A stretch of DNA of 64,000 nt from Candidatus Latescibacterota bacterium (lineage in GTDB: Bacteria > Latescibacterota > UBA2968): contig OZ242320.1 in the NCBI GenBank assembly GCA_965208125.1, positions 5,600,001 to 5,664,000 of the forward strand. Direction: 5' to 3'. The notes beneath the pieces were generated by a model that saw nothing but the letters and a program-made list of their open reading frames with translations, made no database searches and was not told the origin of the DNA. Made by a program: the position numbers and the translations under genes. Below, piece by piece: positions 9,560-19,050 of the stretch. Positions within the stretch are counted from its first letter, which is position 1. Each line of letters starts with the position of its first letter.

Positions 9560-10515
9560 AAATTTCCGTCTGGCACCGCGAACTCTCCGATTCGTATCTG
9601 CGATTTGTCACCCAACTCGGCGCTGACGCCCTCGATTTTGGGACTGATACAGACATTCCCGGCGTTGCAGAACAGGGGTATCCCGACCTGGATGAACTTC
9701 TAAAAGTGAAGAAAAAAATCCAGTCCTGGGGCCTGTCGATCAACCGCGTCAGCCTGCCAAATATCACAGAAAAATTTATGACCGATCAACCCGGCGGCGA
9801 AAAAGAACTCGAAAATACATGTACGGCACTGCGCATACTTGGCGAAGCAGGCGTACCCATTGCCCGACAGCGATTCTGGGGCGACACCTTTAACGAACTC
9901 ATGTTTCGCTACCGATCTGAACACCGCGGCGGATACCTCTCGCGAGGCGAAAGTCAAGCACTGACCAATCCCGTGCCCGAAACACCCGATTACGAAGCCC
10001 TGCAAGACTGGTGGAAACACTTCTGCATCGTCTATGAAAACCTCGTGCCCATAGCCGAAGAAACCGGGATTAAGCTCGCCATTCACCCGTCCGACACGCC
10101 CAACCCGGACACCCCACTGGGCGGCCTGGGATTTCACCGCGTCATCGACGCCTTTCCCAGCGCACAAGTGGGCTACCTCTACTGCTGTGGCACCCGCGCC
10201 GAAGCGGGCGGCTCACCGCTCGTCCTCGACGAAATTAACAACTACGGCCGCAAAGGCCGCATCTTTATGGTACACTTCCGCAATGTGCGCGGCTCACTCG
10301 CCACAGCCCGCGGTTTTGAAGAAACCCTGCTCGACGACGGCGACATGAACATGTTTAAGCTCTTGCTGGAACTCAACCGCGTGGGTTTCGATGGCTGCCT
10401 GAATCCCGACCACATTCCCGGGCTCGAAGGCGACAACGATCCCATCACTGGTGGACTGGCTTACTCCGTGGGCTATATCAAAGCGCTATTCGCCGCCCTC
10501 GCTGCCCTGCCATGA
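9556..10515 (+). CDS. Mannonate dehydratase (UxuA)-like TIM-barrel enzyme
   Basis: Likely start is ATG 9556 after AAGGAGG; LVPIAEETGIKLAIHPSD, VHFRNV, FEETLLDDGDMNM, NPDH. Confidence 0.8.
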   Translation: MKISVWHRELSDSYLRFVTQLGADALDFGTDTDIPGVAEQGYPDLDELLKVKKKIQSWGLSINRVSLPNITEKFMTDQPGGEKELENTCTALRILGEAGVPIARQRFWGDTFNELMFRYRSEHRGGYLSRGESQALTNPVPETPDYEALQDWWKHFCIVYENLVPIAEETGIKLAIHPSDTPNPDTPLGGLGFHRVIDAFPSAQVGYLYCCGTRAEAGGSPLVLDEINNYGRKGRIFMVHFRNVRGSLATARGFEETLLDDGDMNMFKLLLELNRVGFDGCLNPDHIPGLEGDNDPITGGLAYSVGYIKALFAALAALP

Positions 10516-10622
10516 TGAAGTGTGAAGTGTGAAATGTGAAGTGTAAAGTGTGAGATGAAGCACCCGCCTTTGGAGTGGTGTTGGGTGGCCTTCTCACTTC
10601 TCACTTCTTACTTCTCACTTCC
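10516..10622 (+). repeat. ~105-bp element with (GAAGTGT)n and (CTTCTCA)n arms; copy 1
   Basis: Heptamer tandem arms flank a core; the reverse complement aligns with 26296-26406. Confidence 0.75.
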
Positions 10623-10651
10623 TTGACAACCCATAAGCGATTTGATATATT
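10623..10651 (+). promoter_or_regulatory. Sigma70-type promoter of tRNA-Leu
   Basis: TTGACA (10623) - 17 bp - TATATT (10646), about 20 bp upstream of the tRNA. Confidence 0.75.
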
Positions 10652-10672
10652 TGCCTTCGCACTGGATCAGGT

Positions 10673-10759
10673 GCCGAAGTGATGGAATTGGTAGACGTGC
10701 GGCGTTCAGGGCGCCGTGGGCTTAGGCCCGTGTGGGTTCGAATCCCACCTTCGGCACCA
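10673..10759 (+). tRNA. tRNA-Leu (anticodon CAG)
   Basis: Acceptor GCCGAAG/CTTCGGC + ACCA; anticodon arm CGGCG-TTCAGGG-CGCCG; long variable arm; GTGGG-TTCGAAT-CCCAC T arm. Confidence 0.97.
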
Positions 10760-10778
10760 TAAATTCTCACACAAAGAT

Positions 10779-10814
10779 AAAAAGGATTATGTCCGCTCGG
10801 CATAATCCTTTTTT
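10779..10814 (+). terminator. Intrinsic terminator after the tRNA
   Basis: AAAGGATTATG...CATAATCCTTT followed by a T tract. Confidence 0.75.
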
Positions 10815-10840
10815 CGATTTGAAGTTAATGGAGCGCAAGG

Positions 10841-11728
10841 GTGATTAATTACGGCGAAGGGGTTGCACTCGGAGCGTCACTGGTTTGGGCATCCACCAGC
10901 CTCGTCTTAAGAACGCTATCCCAGCACCAGCCATCGGCACTCATCACAGCCATCCGCTGTGGGATTTCGGGACCCTTTTTTTGGATGCTATTGCCTTTTG
11001 GTCCCCCCCTATCCACACTGGTCAACGTACCATTGCACGAATGGGGACTTCTGATCGGCTCCGTTTTCATCGGCATTGTCATTGGCGACCAACTCTATTT
11101 ACACGCCATGAAAGAAATTGGCGTATCGCGCACAATGGCTCTGGTTGGCACACTTCCAATTACCACGCTAATTTGGGAGCAACTGCTACTCGATGTACCC
11201 GTCACCCGCACCTTTATTTTTGGATGTATTTTGGCGGCATCTGGCGTTATCTTACTTTCTCAACGACCGCGTCAAAAACGCCAGGACACACAAGAACACC
11301 CCATCCGCCTCAAGCGAGGGATAGCCTTTGCGCTTATCACATCTATACTCTGGGGACTGAGCACCACCATGCTCAAACCTGCGATGGCACATCTCACCAG
11401 TATTCAGGCCAACAGCGTGCGAATGCCGCTCGTAGCCCTATCACTATTTGGCATTTGGCGGCTCAATCAGGGGCGCGGCAATCTGCGCGACATCGGATGG
11501 CGCACATTTGCGCTGATTGCCTTCACCGGACTTGCAGGCATGGGCCTCGGATCTTTCTTCTACGTCGAAGCCGTTCTGTTTATCGGTCCGGCCAAAACAG
11601 CAACAGTAACAACTGCAACACCCGTCCTCTCACTTATTCTGGCCGTAATCTTTCTCAAAGAACAAATCACGCTCCGCCTTCTCACAGGAGTTGCGCTCTG
11701 CGTAGCTGGCGTTCTGCTCGTACTTTGA
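10841..11728 (+). CDS. DMT/EamA family transporter
   Basis: About 10 TM helices in two EamA repeats; C-terminal LAVIFLKEQIT...G. Confidence 0.88.
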   Translation: MINYGEGVALGASLVWASTSLVLRTLSQHQPSALITAIRCGISGPFFWMLLPFGPPLSTLVNVPLHEWGLLIGSVFIGIVIGDQLYLHAMKEIGVSRTMALVGTLPITTLIWEQLLLDVPVTRTFIFGCILAASGVILLSQRPRQKRQDTQEHPIRLKRGIAFALITSILWGLSTTMLKPAMAHLTSIQANSVRMPLVALSLFGIWRLNQGRGNLRDIGWRTFALIAFTGLAGMGLGSFFYVEAVLFIGPAKTATVTTATPVLSLILAVIFLKEQITLRLLTGVALCVAGVLLVL

Positions 11729-11754
11729 CCTTCCGCTAACCAGAGGAGCCTTAC

Positions 11755-14391
11755 ATGTCTTTTGCCATCAGATCATGTATCGGAGGATTGATCTTACTTG
11801 CTTTCGTCCAATATGTAGAAGGAAAAACCTCCGAACCCGTACTTCAGAAAAGCTATGGTCACCGAGAAGACATCACAGCGAGCCAACTCATTGAAGAAAT
11901 TGCAGGTGCTGATTCGGCAGCGATTTATCGGGATCTACCACGCGCAAAAAAAGGGAAATTCTTAGACGTATTCTGGCAAGCACACAATCCGCTCGTACTC
12001 AAATACTACTATGGCTATCACCTCGGTCAGCGGCGGTTTTCCGTTTCAGATGCTTATTTTGAACAAAAAAAATTACTCCCAAAAGTCTATTGGACAGGTG
12101 CTGTTCCGCCCGATTCTGCACACGTCACAGAGGCCGTACAAATTTGTACACGCCTGCTAACGCACAATCCCGAAGATGCAGTCGCCATGTGCGCGCTCGG
12201 CTATCTCAGTCTGGAACAGAACTGGGAAAGCGAGGCAGAAAAATTATTTATACAGGCACTCGAACGCGACAAACGCCTGGTCGAAGCCAGAAATGGCAGG
12301 GCACTATCACTTTTGCGCGTACCCAAACAGCGATGGCACGCGAGAAAACTATTTCTGGAGGCGATGGCCTGGGACCGCAAATACAGCGCAGCTTACTACA
12401 GCCTGGCAATGTGCGATTTGATAATGAAAAGTGTGGAGGCAGAAAACAGCCTCAAAAGGTTGATTAAACGGTCTCCAGAATATTCAGACACGTATTTTAA
12501 ATTGGGTGTTTTTTACGAGTCCAGAGGCAAATTTGAAAAAGCCGAAGACGCTTATGACAGACAATTGGAAGCGGATCCCTTTCACACCACTGCGCAATTT
12601 CGCCTGGGAATCATAGCATTTAAAACCGGTCATCCTGCACGCGCAATCGAAATCCTGCAACCCGTTCTGAAAAAACGTCCCGACCTTCAAAAGCCCGTCT
12701 TACCAATGCTCTTTGAAGCCTATATCCAGCTCAAAAATACGCCAATGGCAGAGGAGGTCGCAGTCGCCTATCTCGAGGGATTGGATGAGCACAATCAAGC
12801 GATGTTTGAGGACATTCGCATCGTCGCTTCTCCCGAAGAAATTCACACCTTTAATGCCTTGCCAATCGAAGAACGCGCAGCTTATGTCAGAGCATTCTGG
12901 CAACGCCGCGATCCCACCCCTGCAACCCCTGAAAACGAATGGTTGGTCGAACACATCCGCAGAATCATGTATGCGCGCCGGCACTTTTTTTCGTCCCACG
13001 CGCCCTGGGATCGCCGCGGTAAAATCTATATCCGGTATGGTCACCCAGCGCACTGGAGCCGATCTGACAACATACAATTTGAGGTTGACCCCGCAGCAGT
13101 ACGCGTAAAAGAACGCCTGCTGATGTCGCTAACCGATGATGCGCGAAAAGAACTGATTGCCAATATCCAGCGCATCCGAACATCGGCGAGAGAACCATAC
13201 GCAAATGTGGATCCCGAGACGGGCGTTATGCAGGACAGGATGGAACTCTCGGATTTTGAAAATATTGAATACGGATCAAGGGTAGTACGCGATCGCGGTG
13301 CTCATATCGTCCGCGAGAGACTTCTGACCGACATGCCGTTATCCAACCGGGATGCGGGAATAAGCGCAGAACATCTTCGCGGGTATCCACTTTTTCCAGT
13401 GGATGGGAATAATCCCTGGGAATATTGGATCTATCCAGAAGTCAACGGGGGCATCGAGATCGTATTTACATCGCTGACAAGAGGTGGCGATTTCGACTAT
13501 CCGACGCCATTATCCGTACGAGCCGAATCCAGGGCCAATGCCGTGGTCTGGAACCAGCGGAGACCAGAAGATATTGTCAATCGTGCTATCGGCCGCGACC
13601 CCTCGCGATTTGAGCTTCGCAGAGAAACCCTGAACTTCTATTCTGCCCTGGCGGATTTTCGCGGAGAACAAGGACAGACCCGCCTCGAAATTTATTACGG
13701 CTTGCCAGTTTCAGAACAATCTGAAACAACGCGATTTGAGCGCGGCCTTGCGCTTTTTGACACGACCTGGACGCCAGTTTTTCAAAAAGTTGAACCCTTC
13801 TCCAATATATCTGCCCATACAGACAAAATCGTAGATCGACTAATCGTGAATATTCCACCAGGCCGCTATTATCTGGGCGTTCAAGTACACGATATAGAAG
13901 GCAACAAATTGGGTGCCCAAAAGCAGGCTATTGACGTGGAATCCTATGCAGGAGACAGATTGATGCTCAGCGATATTGAATTGGCAAACCGAATTGAAGA
14001 ACATGAAGCTGACTCTCTGAACATCATCCCCCAGCCCTCAAAATCTTTCTCCGCCGGGCAATCCGTCGCGATTTATTACGAGATTTACGGACTTACAAAA
14101 GATACCTTTGGACAGACGCGCTACCAGATGCACTATCGGATTGCGCCAGCACAGGGGCAAGCACCGGCTGTACGCGTGTTGCAATCTGTGGGAAAACTGC
14201 TGGGGATCGTCAGCGAAAAAGAATTCACCGTTTCTTATGAACAGGTGGGCGAAGCAGAATCTGAATTGAGCTACCTGGAGATCGATGTCACGGACTCCGC
14301 ACAGGGCCTGTACGAATTGGAAGTGAGAATTTTGGACTTAAATGCAAACGTACAAGTTGCCAAATCCACCACCTTTCAGACCGTTGAGTAG
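11755..14391 (+). CDS. Secreted TPR + GWxTD-domain protein
   Basis: Signal peptide, TPRs, FWQRRDPTPATPENE...PWDRRGKIYIRYGHP (GWxTD-domain signature), beta-rich C-terminus. Confidence 0.85.
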   Translation: MSFAIRSCIGGLILLAFVQYVEGKTSEPVLQKSYGHREDITASQLIEEIAGADSAAIYRDLPRAKKGKFLDVFWQAHNPLVLKYYYGYHLGQRRFSVSDAYFEQKKLLPKVYWTGAVPPDSAHVTEAVQICTRLLTHNPEDAVAMCALGYLSLEQNWESEAEKLFIQALERDKRLVEARNGRALSLLRVPKQRWHARKLFLEAMAWDRKYSAAYYSLAMCDLIMKSVEAENSLKRLIKRSPEYSDTYFKLGVFYESRGKFEKAEDAYDRQLEADPFHTTAQFRLGIIAFKTGHPARAIEILQPVLKKRPDLQKPVLPMLFEAYIQLKNTPMAEEVAVAYLEGLDEHNQAMFEDIRIVASPEEIHTFNALPIEERAAYVRAFWQRRDPTPATPENEWLVEHIRRIMYARRHFFSSHAPWDRRGKIYIRYGHPAHWSRSDNIQFEVDPAAVRVKERLLMSLTDDARKELIANIQRIRTSAREPYANVDPETGVMQDRMELSDFENIEYGSRVVRDRGAHIVRERLLTDMPLSNRDAGISAEHLRGYPLFPVDGNNPWEYWIYPEVNGGIEIVFTSLTRGGDFDYPTPLSVRAESRANAVVWNQRRPEDIVNRAIGRDPSRFELRRETLNFYSALADFRGEQGQTRLEIYYGLPVSEQSETTRFERGLALFDTTWTPVFQKVEPFSNISAHTDKIVDRLIVNIPPGRYYLGVQVHDIEGNKLGAQKQAIDVESYAGDRLMLSDIELANRIEEHEADSLNIIPQPSKSFSAGQSVAIYYEIYGLTKDTFGQTRYQMHYRIAPAQGQAPAVRVLQSVGKLLGIVSEKEFTVSYEQVGEAESELSYLEIDVTDSAQGLYELEVRILDLNANVQVAKSTTFQTVE

Positions 14392-14420
14392 AAGCGATTA
14401 GTGGTATTATTCCCAAATAG

Positions 14421-14448
14421 TTGACAAAATTTAAGTGAGAATTAAATT
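14421..14448 (+). promoter_or_regulatory. Putative nitrile hydratase operon promoter with overlapping palindrome
   Basis: TTGACA at 14421; AATTTAA-N7-TTAAATT inverted repeat at 14428-14448. Confidence 0.5.
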
Positions 14449-14504
14449 ATGAAACCTCTCAGAAACCTGGCAAACATACACAACAGCTAACAACAGGAGC
14501 AAAC

Positions 14505-15176
14505 ATGGACGGCATTCACGACATGGGCGGGATGCATGGCTTTGGTCCCATTGTGCGCGAAGAAAACGAACCCTTGTTTCACCACTCCTGGGAGGGCAGG
14601 GTCCTCGCCATATCCGTAGCCACACCAGTACCAATCCCCGGAGGCTCCCGCAACAATATCGAAAACATGGACCCCGCGCACTACCTATCGTCCAGCTATT
14701 ACGAAAAATGGCTACACTCCCGTATCAAAGGACTGATCGACGCTGGCGTACTAACCCCGGAAGAGATGGAAACGCGGATGGCACTCTTCCGCAACAACCC
14801 CAATGCCGAAACTCCCGTACACCCCGATTCCGATGCCGTCAGAGCGGAACTCGTGCGATCGCGTCCCGCTGGTCCACCCCAACAGAAAATGGACGTCCAA
14901 CCTCAATTCTCCAATGGCGACCGCGTAAGATCGCGCAATATCCACCCCGAAGGGCACACCCGGCTCCCCCGATACGCACGGGACAAATACGGCACAATCA
15001 CCAATTACTACGGCATCGACAATCTCCAGGACGCCGAACTGCCCAAAGGGTGTACAAATCGCCAGCAACCCTTATACGCCGTGCGCTTTGAAGCCTCGGA
15101 ACTATGGGGTAACACCGCCGAAACAAAAAGTGCCGTCTATCTGGACATGTGGGAAAGCTACCTGGAACCCGTTTAA
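14505..15176 (+). CDS. nthB: Nitrile hydratase beta subunit
   Basis: [61 protein letters not shown]. Confidence 0.95.
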   Translation: MDGIHDMGGMHGFGPIVREENEPLFHHSWEGRVLAISVATPVPIPGGSRNNIENMDPAHYLSSSYYEKWLHSRIKGLIDAGVLTPEEMETRMALFRNNPNAETPVHPDSDAVRAELVRSRPAGPPQQKMDVQPQFSNGDRVRSRNIHPEGHTRLPRYARDKYGTITNYYGIDNLQDAELPKGCTNRQQPLYAVRFEASELWGNTAETKSAVYLDMWESYLEPV

Positions 15177-15204
15177 TCATCCCCAAGCACAAAAGGATTT
15201 TTTT

Positions 15205-15798
15205 ATGAACACTGTTGCCCAAACCGAGACTGCCCTGCGCACCAGAGCGCTCGAATCGCTCCTCATCGAAAAGGGATTGATTACAGCAGATATTATAGAC
15301 GAAGTCGTAGAAAAATACGAAAAAGACGTAGGTCCTCTCAACGGTGCCAAAGTGGTTGCCCGTGCATGGGCCGATCCGGACTACAAACACCGGCTGCTTG
15401 AAGATGGCAGAGCGGCAATTGCCGAACTGGGTTTTGACAGCGCGCAGGGGGCCAAAATCGTCGTACTGGAAAACACACCGGACGTCCACCACCTCGTCGT
15501 CTGCACCCTTTGCTCCTGTTATCCCTGGTCCGTACTCGGCTTGCCTCCGAACTGGTACAAATCCTATGCGTACCGCTCTTGTGCCGTGCGAGAGCCAAGA
15601 GCCGTCTTGCGGGAATTTAACCTCAATCTACCCGATACCGTAGAAATCCGCGTCTGGGACAGCAACTCGGACCTCCGCTACATGGTCCTGCCCGAACGCC
15701 CTGCTGGCACAGAAAACTACACCGAAGAACAACTCATCTCACTTGTCACGCGCGACTCAATGATCGGCGTCGCCAAAATCGAATCGCCCTCAAAATGA
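15205..15798 (+). CDS. nthA: Cobalt-type nitrile hydratase alpha subunit
   Basis: Metal-binding [10 protein letters not shown] (Thr/Tyr variant is Co-type); [12 protein letters not shown]; start corrected to ATG 15205. Confidence 0.96.
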   Translation: MNTVAQTETALRTRALESLLIEKGLITADIIDEVVEKYEKDVGPLNGAKVVARAWADPDYKHRLLEDGRAAIAELGFDSAQGAKIVVLENTPDVHHLVVCTLCSCYPWSVLGLPPNWYKSYAYRSCAVREPRAVLREFNLNLPDTVEIRVWDSNSDLRYMVLPERPAGTENYTEEQLISLVTRDSMIGVAKIESPSK

Positions 15799-15805
15799 GG
15801 CTGGA

Positions 15806-16153
15806 ATGACGCAAAAAACCGACAAAAAAATTGCCTCCCTGGAAGCAAAAATCGCCCTGCCCAGAGAAAATGGAGAACTCGTTTTTCAGGCTCCCTGGGA
15901 AGCGCGCGCTTTCGGCCTTGCCGTTGCGCTCAACGAAAAAGACCTCTACAAATGGCGGGAGTTCAGCTCCCAATTGGCTTCGGAAATCGCGGCAGCAGAA
16001 CAAAACAACAACCCATCGAGCTACTATGCCCGATGGGTCGCTTCCCTCGAAGAACTGCTCATTGATAGAGGCTTAATCAGCCGGGAACAACTGGACGCCA
16101 GAACAGCGGAATACGCCTCTGGCATTCACGACCATCACGATCACGACCACTAA
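15806..16153 (+). CDS. Nitrile hydratase accessory/activator protein (P14K/NhlE-like)
   Basis: LPRENGELVFQAPWEARAFGLAV, YYARWVASLEELL, His-rich tail HDHHDHDH; directly after the alpha subunit. Confidence 0.9.
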   Translation: MTQKTDKKIASLEAKIALPRENGELVFQAPWEARAFGLAVALNEKDLYKWREFSSQLASEIAAAEQNNNPSSYYARWVASLEELLIDRGLISREQLDARTAEYASGIHDHHDHDH

Positions 16154-16174
16154 AATTTACGCTCCACAAACCAG

Positions 16175-16207
16175 AAAGGGTTACGCCATCTCGACGTAAC
16201 CCTTTTT
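16175..16207 (+). terminator. Intrinsic terminator of the NHase operon
   Basis: AAAGGGTTACG-loop-CGTAACCCTTTTTT. Confidence 0.75.
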
Positions 16208-16347
16208 TGCTATTAACTTTACTGGCGTTGTGCCCAGCGTGTGCCTATGCTGTGAGACTTCTCAAATTACGCGCTCTTCTTTTGATTTTTCCATCTGCGT
16301 TTATCTGCGAAAAACGCTCAAATTATTCGCGTTTTTTCTGCGGATCC

Positions 16348-17784
16348 TCAACGCTCTCGCCCCGACACAAACAAATCGTAAGAATTTGACTGCCAGCCGC
16401 CATCGTTTACAATCCCATCGTTGGTATCTCTCAGCCATTTGACCATGCGATCCTTCATGCGCCTGAGCACATGTTTGTACCCCAGCTTCGACGCTAAATT
16501 GTGCAACTCCCCTGGATCACTCTCCAGATCGTAGAGTTCATCCTCGCTACACGGATTGTAGATATACTTCCACTTTGGGGTCTGCACCATCCGAATCGTA
16601 CACAGCGCAGGCTCGTACCCGTGATGCTCTGCAAAAATATCCTCCCGCCAATCCGGCGGCGTTTCCCCGCGCAATATGGGCAGCAGAGAACACCCATCGA
16701 CCTTATCGGGAATATCCACACCCGCCAGTTCGAGAAACGTCGGCATAATATCGATCAAACTCACAAAATCATCGCAAACGCTATTGGGTTCAACAACACC
16801 CGGCCAACGGATCGCCAATGGAATCTGGTGCGTCTCATTGTACATATTCATCATCTTATTAAACAAGCGGTGACTGCCCAGCATATCGCCGTGATCCGAA
16901 CTGTACAAAATCACCGTATTGTCCAGTTGACCCGCTTCCTCTAAAGCATATAGAACGCGCTGTACCTGATCATCGATAAACGTGCAATATCCCCAATAGG
17001 TCGCAATCACCTTCTGCCAATCGGGCCAGGTCAAATGGCTGGCATTCCACCTGAGCATCTCCTTTTGCTGAACACTCGGTTTATCGACAAACTGCTCGTC
17101 GAAATTGATCCAGCGCTCTACATTATCGGGATCGTACATCGTATCATAAGGTTCCGGCACACAATAGGGAAAATGCGGACCAAAAAAACTACTACAAATC
17201 ACAAAGGGTTTATCGCCCTCACAAAATCCTTCAATCAGATCAATCGTCCTATCGGCAGTCCAGTGCTCCTGCATATACTCGGCGGGCAACTGCGACCGAC
17301 CGCAAAAAGGCGCGTCACCCCCCCATTCCATGCGCTGCACCTCCTGAGCATATCCCCAATCAAACCCCGCATCGCGCACACTCTGGTTCCACTCACGCGC
17401 CGTATGCCACGGATCAAACCCCCAAAACTCGCTATCGCCCTCCCTGGGCAAATGCCACTTCCCCACATAACCGACATTATACCCCGCGTCAGATAAAATC
17501 TGAGGATAGGCGGGCTTATCCAGAATATTCAAATCAAAAGCCCGATTAAAATTGCCCATATTTGACATCTGCCCGTGATTATGCGGAAACATCCCCGTAA
17601 GCAACGACCCGCGCGCGGGAGAGCAAAGAGCAATGGGCGTATAAGCCCGGCAAAAACGCATACCCTCTCGGGCAATGCGATCAATCGCTGGCGTCTTACA
17701 CACCGCATTGCCATTAAACCCCAGCGCATCGTAGCGTTGCATATCGGTAAGCAAAAAAAGGATACTGGGTCTCTCCGTATTCAT
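16348..17784 (-). CDS. Sulfatase (Cys-type, formylglycine-dependent)
   Basis: CSPARGSLLTG (CxPxR), GKWH, SSDHGDMLGSH, ELYDLESDPGELHN; start MNTERP after AGGAGG. Confidence 0.92.
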   Translation of the reverse strand: MNTERPSILFLLTDMQRYDALGFNGNAVCKTPAIDRIAREGMRFCRAYTPIALCSPARGSLLTGMFPHNHGQMSNMGNFNRAFDLNILDKPAYPQILSDAGYNVGYVGKWHLPREGDSEFWGFDPWHTAREWNQSVRDAGFDWGYAQEVQRMEWGGDAPFCGRSQLPAEYMQEHWTADRTIDLIEGFCEGDKPFVICSSFFGPHFPYCVPEPYDTMYDPDNVERWINFDEQFVDKPSVQQKEMLRWNASHLTWPDWQKVIATYWGYCTFIDDQVQRVLYALEEAGQLDNTVILYSSDHGDMLGSHRLFNKMMNMYNETHQIPLAIRWPGVVEPNSVCDDFVSLIDIMPTFLELAGVDIPDKVDGCSLLPILRGETPPDWREDIFAEHHGYEPALCTIRMVQTPKWKYIYNPCSEDELYDLESDPGELHNLASKLGYKHVLRRMKDRMVKWLRDTNDGIVNDGGWQSNSYDLFVSGRER

Positions 17785-17785
17785 A

Positions 17786-19039
17786 TCAACCTCCTGGATT
17801 TTTATTTTTCCGAAAACAAATCCAAAACAGCAACGCCCCCATCCCCGTGAACACTGCCCCGGTGAGAAAAAGACTCGAATATCCCGCAATCGGAATCATA
17901 TACCCACCGCCCAGAGCCATTGCCGAATAGCCCATCCCCGACATCATAGCAGTCGCGCCCGACATCGCTGTACGCCAGCGCACGGGCACCAATTCCTGGT
18001 GAAAAATGGCAAAAGCTGAGCGCCGTATCGAAGCCATCGCCATAATCCCCATCAGGCACAAACCCGCAACAATCCAATTTGAGACCAGCGCCATAAAAAA
18101 AAGAAAAATAGCCGTCACAACCGTTACCAGAATTACCGTCCGACTAATGCCTAAACGCGCAGAAAAAAAAGGAAGGGACAGCGCAGCCGGAACAGCGAGC
18201 AACTGTCCCGCTGCCAGTTGCACACTAATAAGAGAAAGACTGATATTGAGCCCTTCATCCATATAAACATTAAAAAATGTTCGCGCAGCCGCCTCGCCTG
18301 CAACGTGGAGAACGGAAATCAGCGCAGTAATCACAATAGCCGCAAGTGGAAGCGCAGGCGCATTGGAAACATCGCCATTATTCCTCACTTCCCGCTTGCG
18401 TTCAACCTGAACATCCTGCGTGGCGAGCAGCGCAAAAACCGCCGGAATCAGACAGAGCACCCCGATAAACAGCGTATAGCGATAAACAATGGGCTGGGCG
18501 AGTGACACATCGAGCACACCTGCCAAATAATCCGGAACAACGCCCCCTAACATACTCCCGACAAAACCCGAAAAAGGCATCAGCGCAGCTTGCACGGCAA
18601 AAACCGGGTCGCGTTCAACCGGACCGGTAATATCCATCAAATAAGGTGTGCCATTTACAATAAACAGCGCAATACCCATCACACCGAGCGAATAAGATAT
18701 CAAAATAAAATAATCGCGCGGGCTGCCGGCAGAAATCAACTCCGCCTGAGAAAGCAATCCAAAACCCGCCACAGACACGCAAATCCCAACAACCATCGTA
18801 AACCGACTGCCCCAGCGTCCCCCCAGCATCCCACTGGGCAAACTGGACAGGGCAAAACAAAGTGCTCCCGTGGCATTGGCCAACCCTACAAATTGAGTAT
18901 TATACCCCAGGCGCAACAAATAGAGATTGTACAAAAGGGGATAAATACCACCAAAAAGGACAAAACCAAACAGCGCATTAGCCATTAAATAAAGGCGCAC
19001 ATCGCGGGAAAAATGCACATTTGAAAAGAGAATAGGCAT
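17786..19039 (-). CDS. MFS transporter
   Basis: About 12 TM helices; motif A-like GMLGGRWGSR. Confidence 0.85.
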   Translation of the reverse strand: MPILFSNVHFSRDVRLYLMANALFGFVLFGGIYPLLYNLYLLRLGYNTQFVGLANATGALCFALSSLPSGMLGGRWGSRFTMVVGICVSVAGFGLLSQAELISAGSPRDYFILISYSLGVMGIALFIVNGTPYLMDITGPVERDPVFAVQAALMPFSGFVGSMLGGVVPDYLAGVLDVSLAQPIVYRYTLFIGVLCLIPAVFALLATQDVQVERKREVRNNGDVSNAPALPLAAIVITALISVLHVAGEAAARTFFNVYMDEGLNISLSLISVQLAAGQLLAVPAALSLPFFSARLGISRTVILVTVVTAIFLFFMALVSNWIVAGLCLMGIMAMASIRRSAFAIFHQELVPVRWRTAMSGATAMMSGMGYSAMALGGGYMIPIAGYSSLFLTGAVFTGMGALLFWICFRKNKNPGG

Positions 19040-19050
19040 TGGTCAATTTC

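Noticed and set aside
10516-10622. Heptamer repeats as a CRISPR array
   Set aside because: No 23-47 bp repeats separated by unique spacers, and no cas genes.
10673-14400. tRNA-Leu as an island or prophage integration site
   Set aside because: No integrase and no duplicated tRNA 3' end seen in the window; a normal terminator and ordinary genes follow.
14505-16153. Thiocyanate hydrolase or Fe-type nitrile hydratase
   Set aside because: The beta subunit is one polypeptide rather than split, and the motif is CTLCSCY (Co-type), not CSLCSCT.
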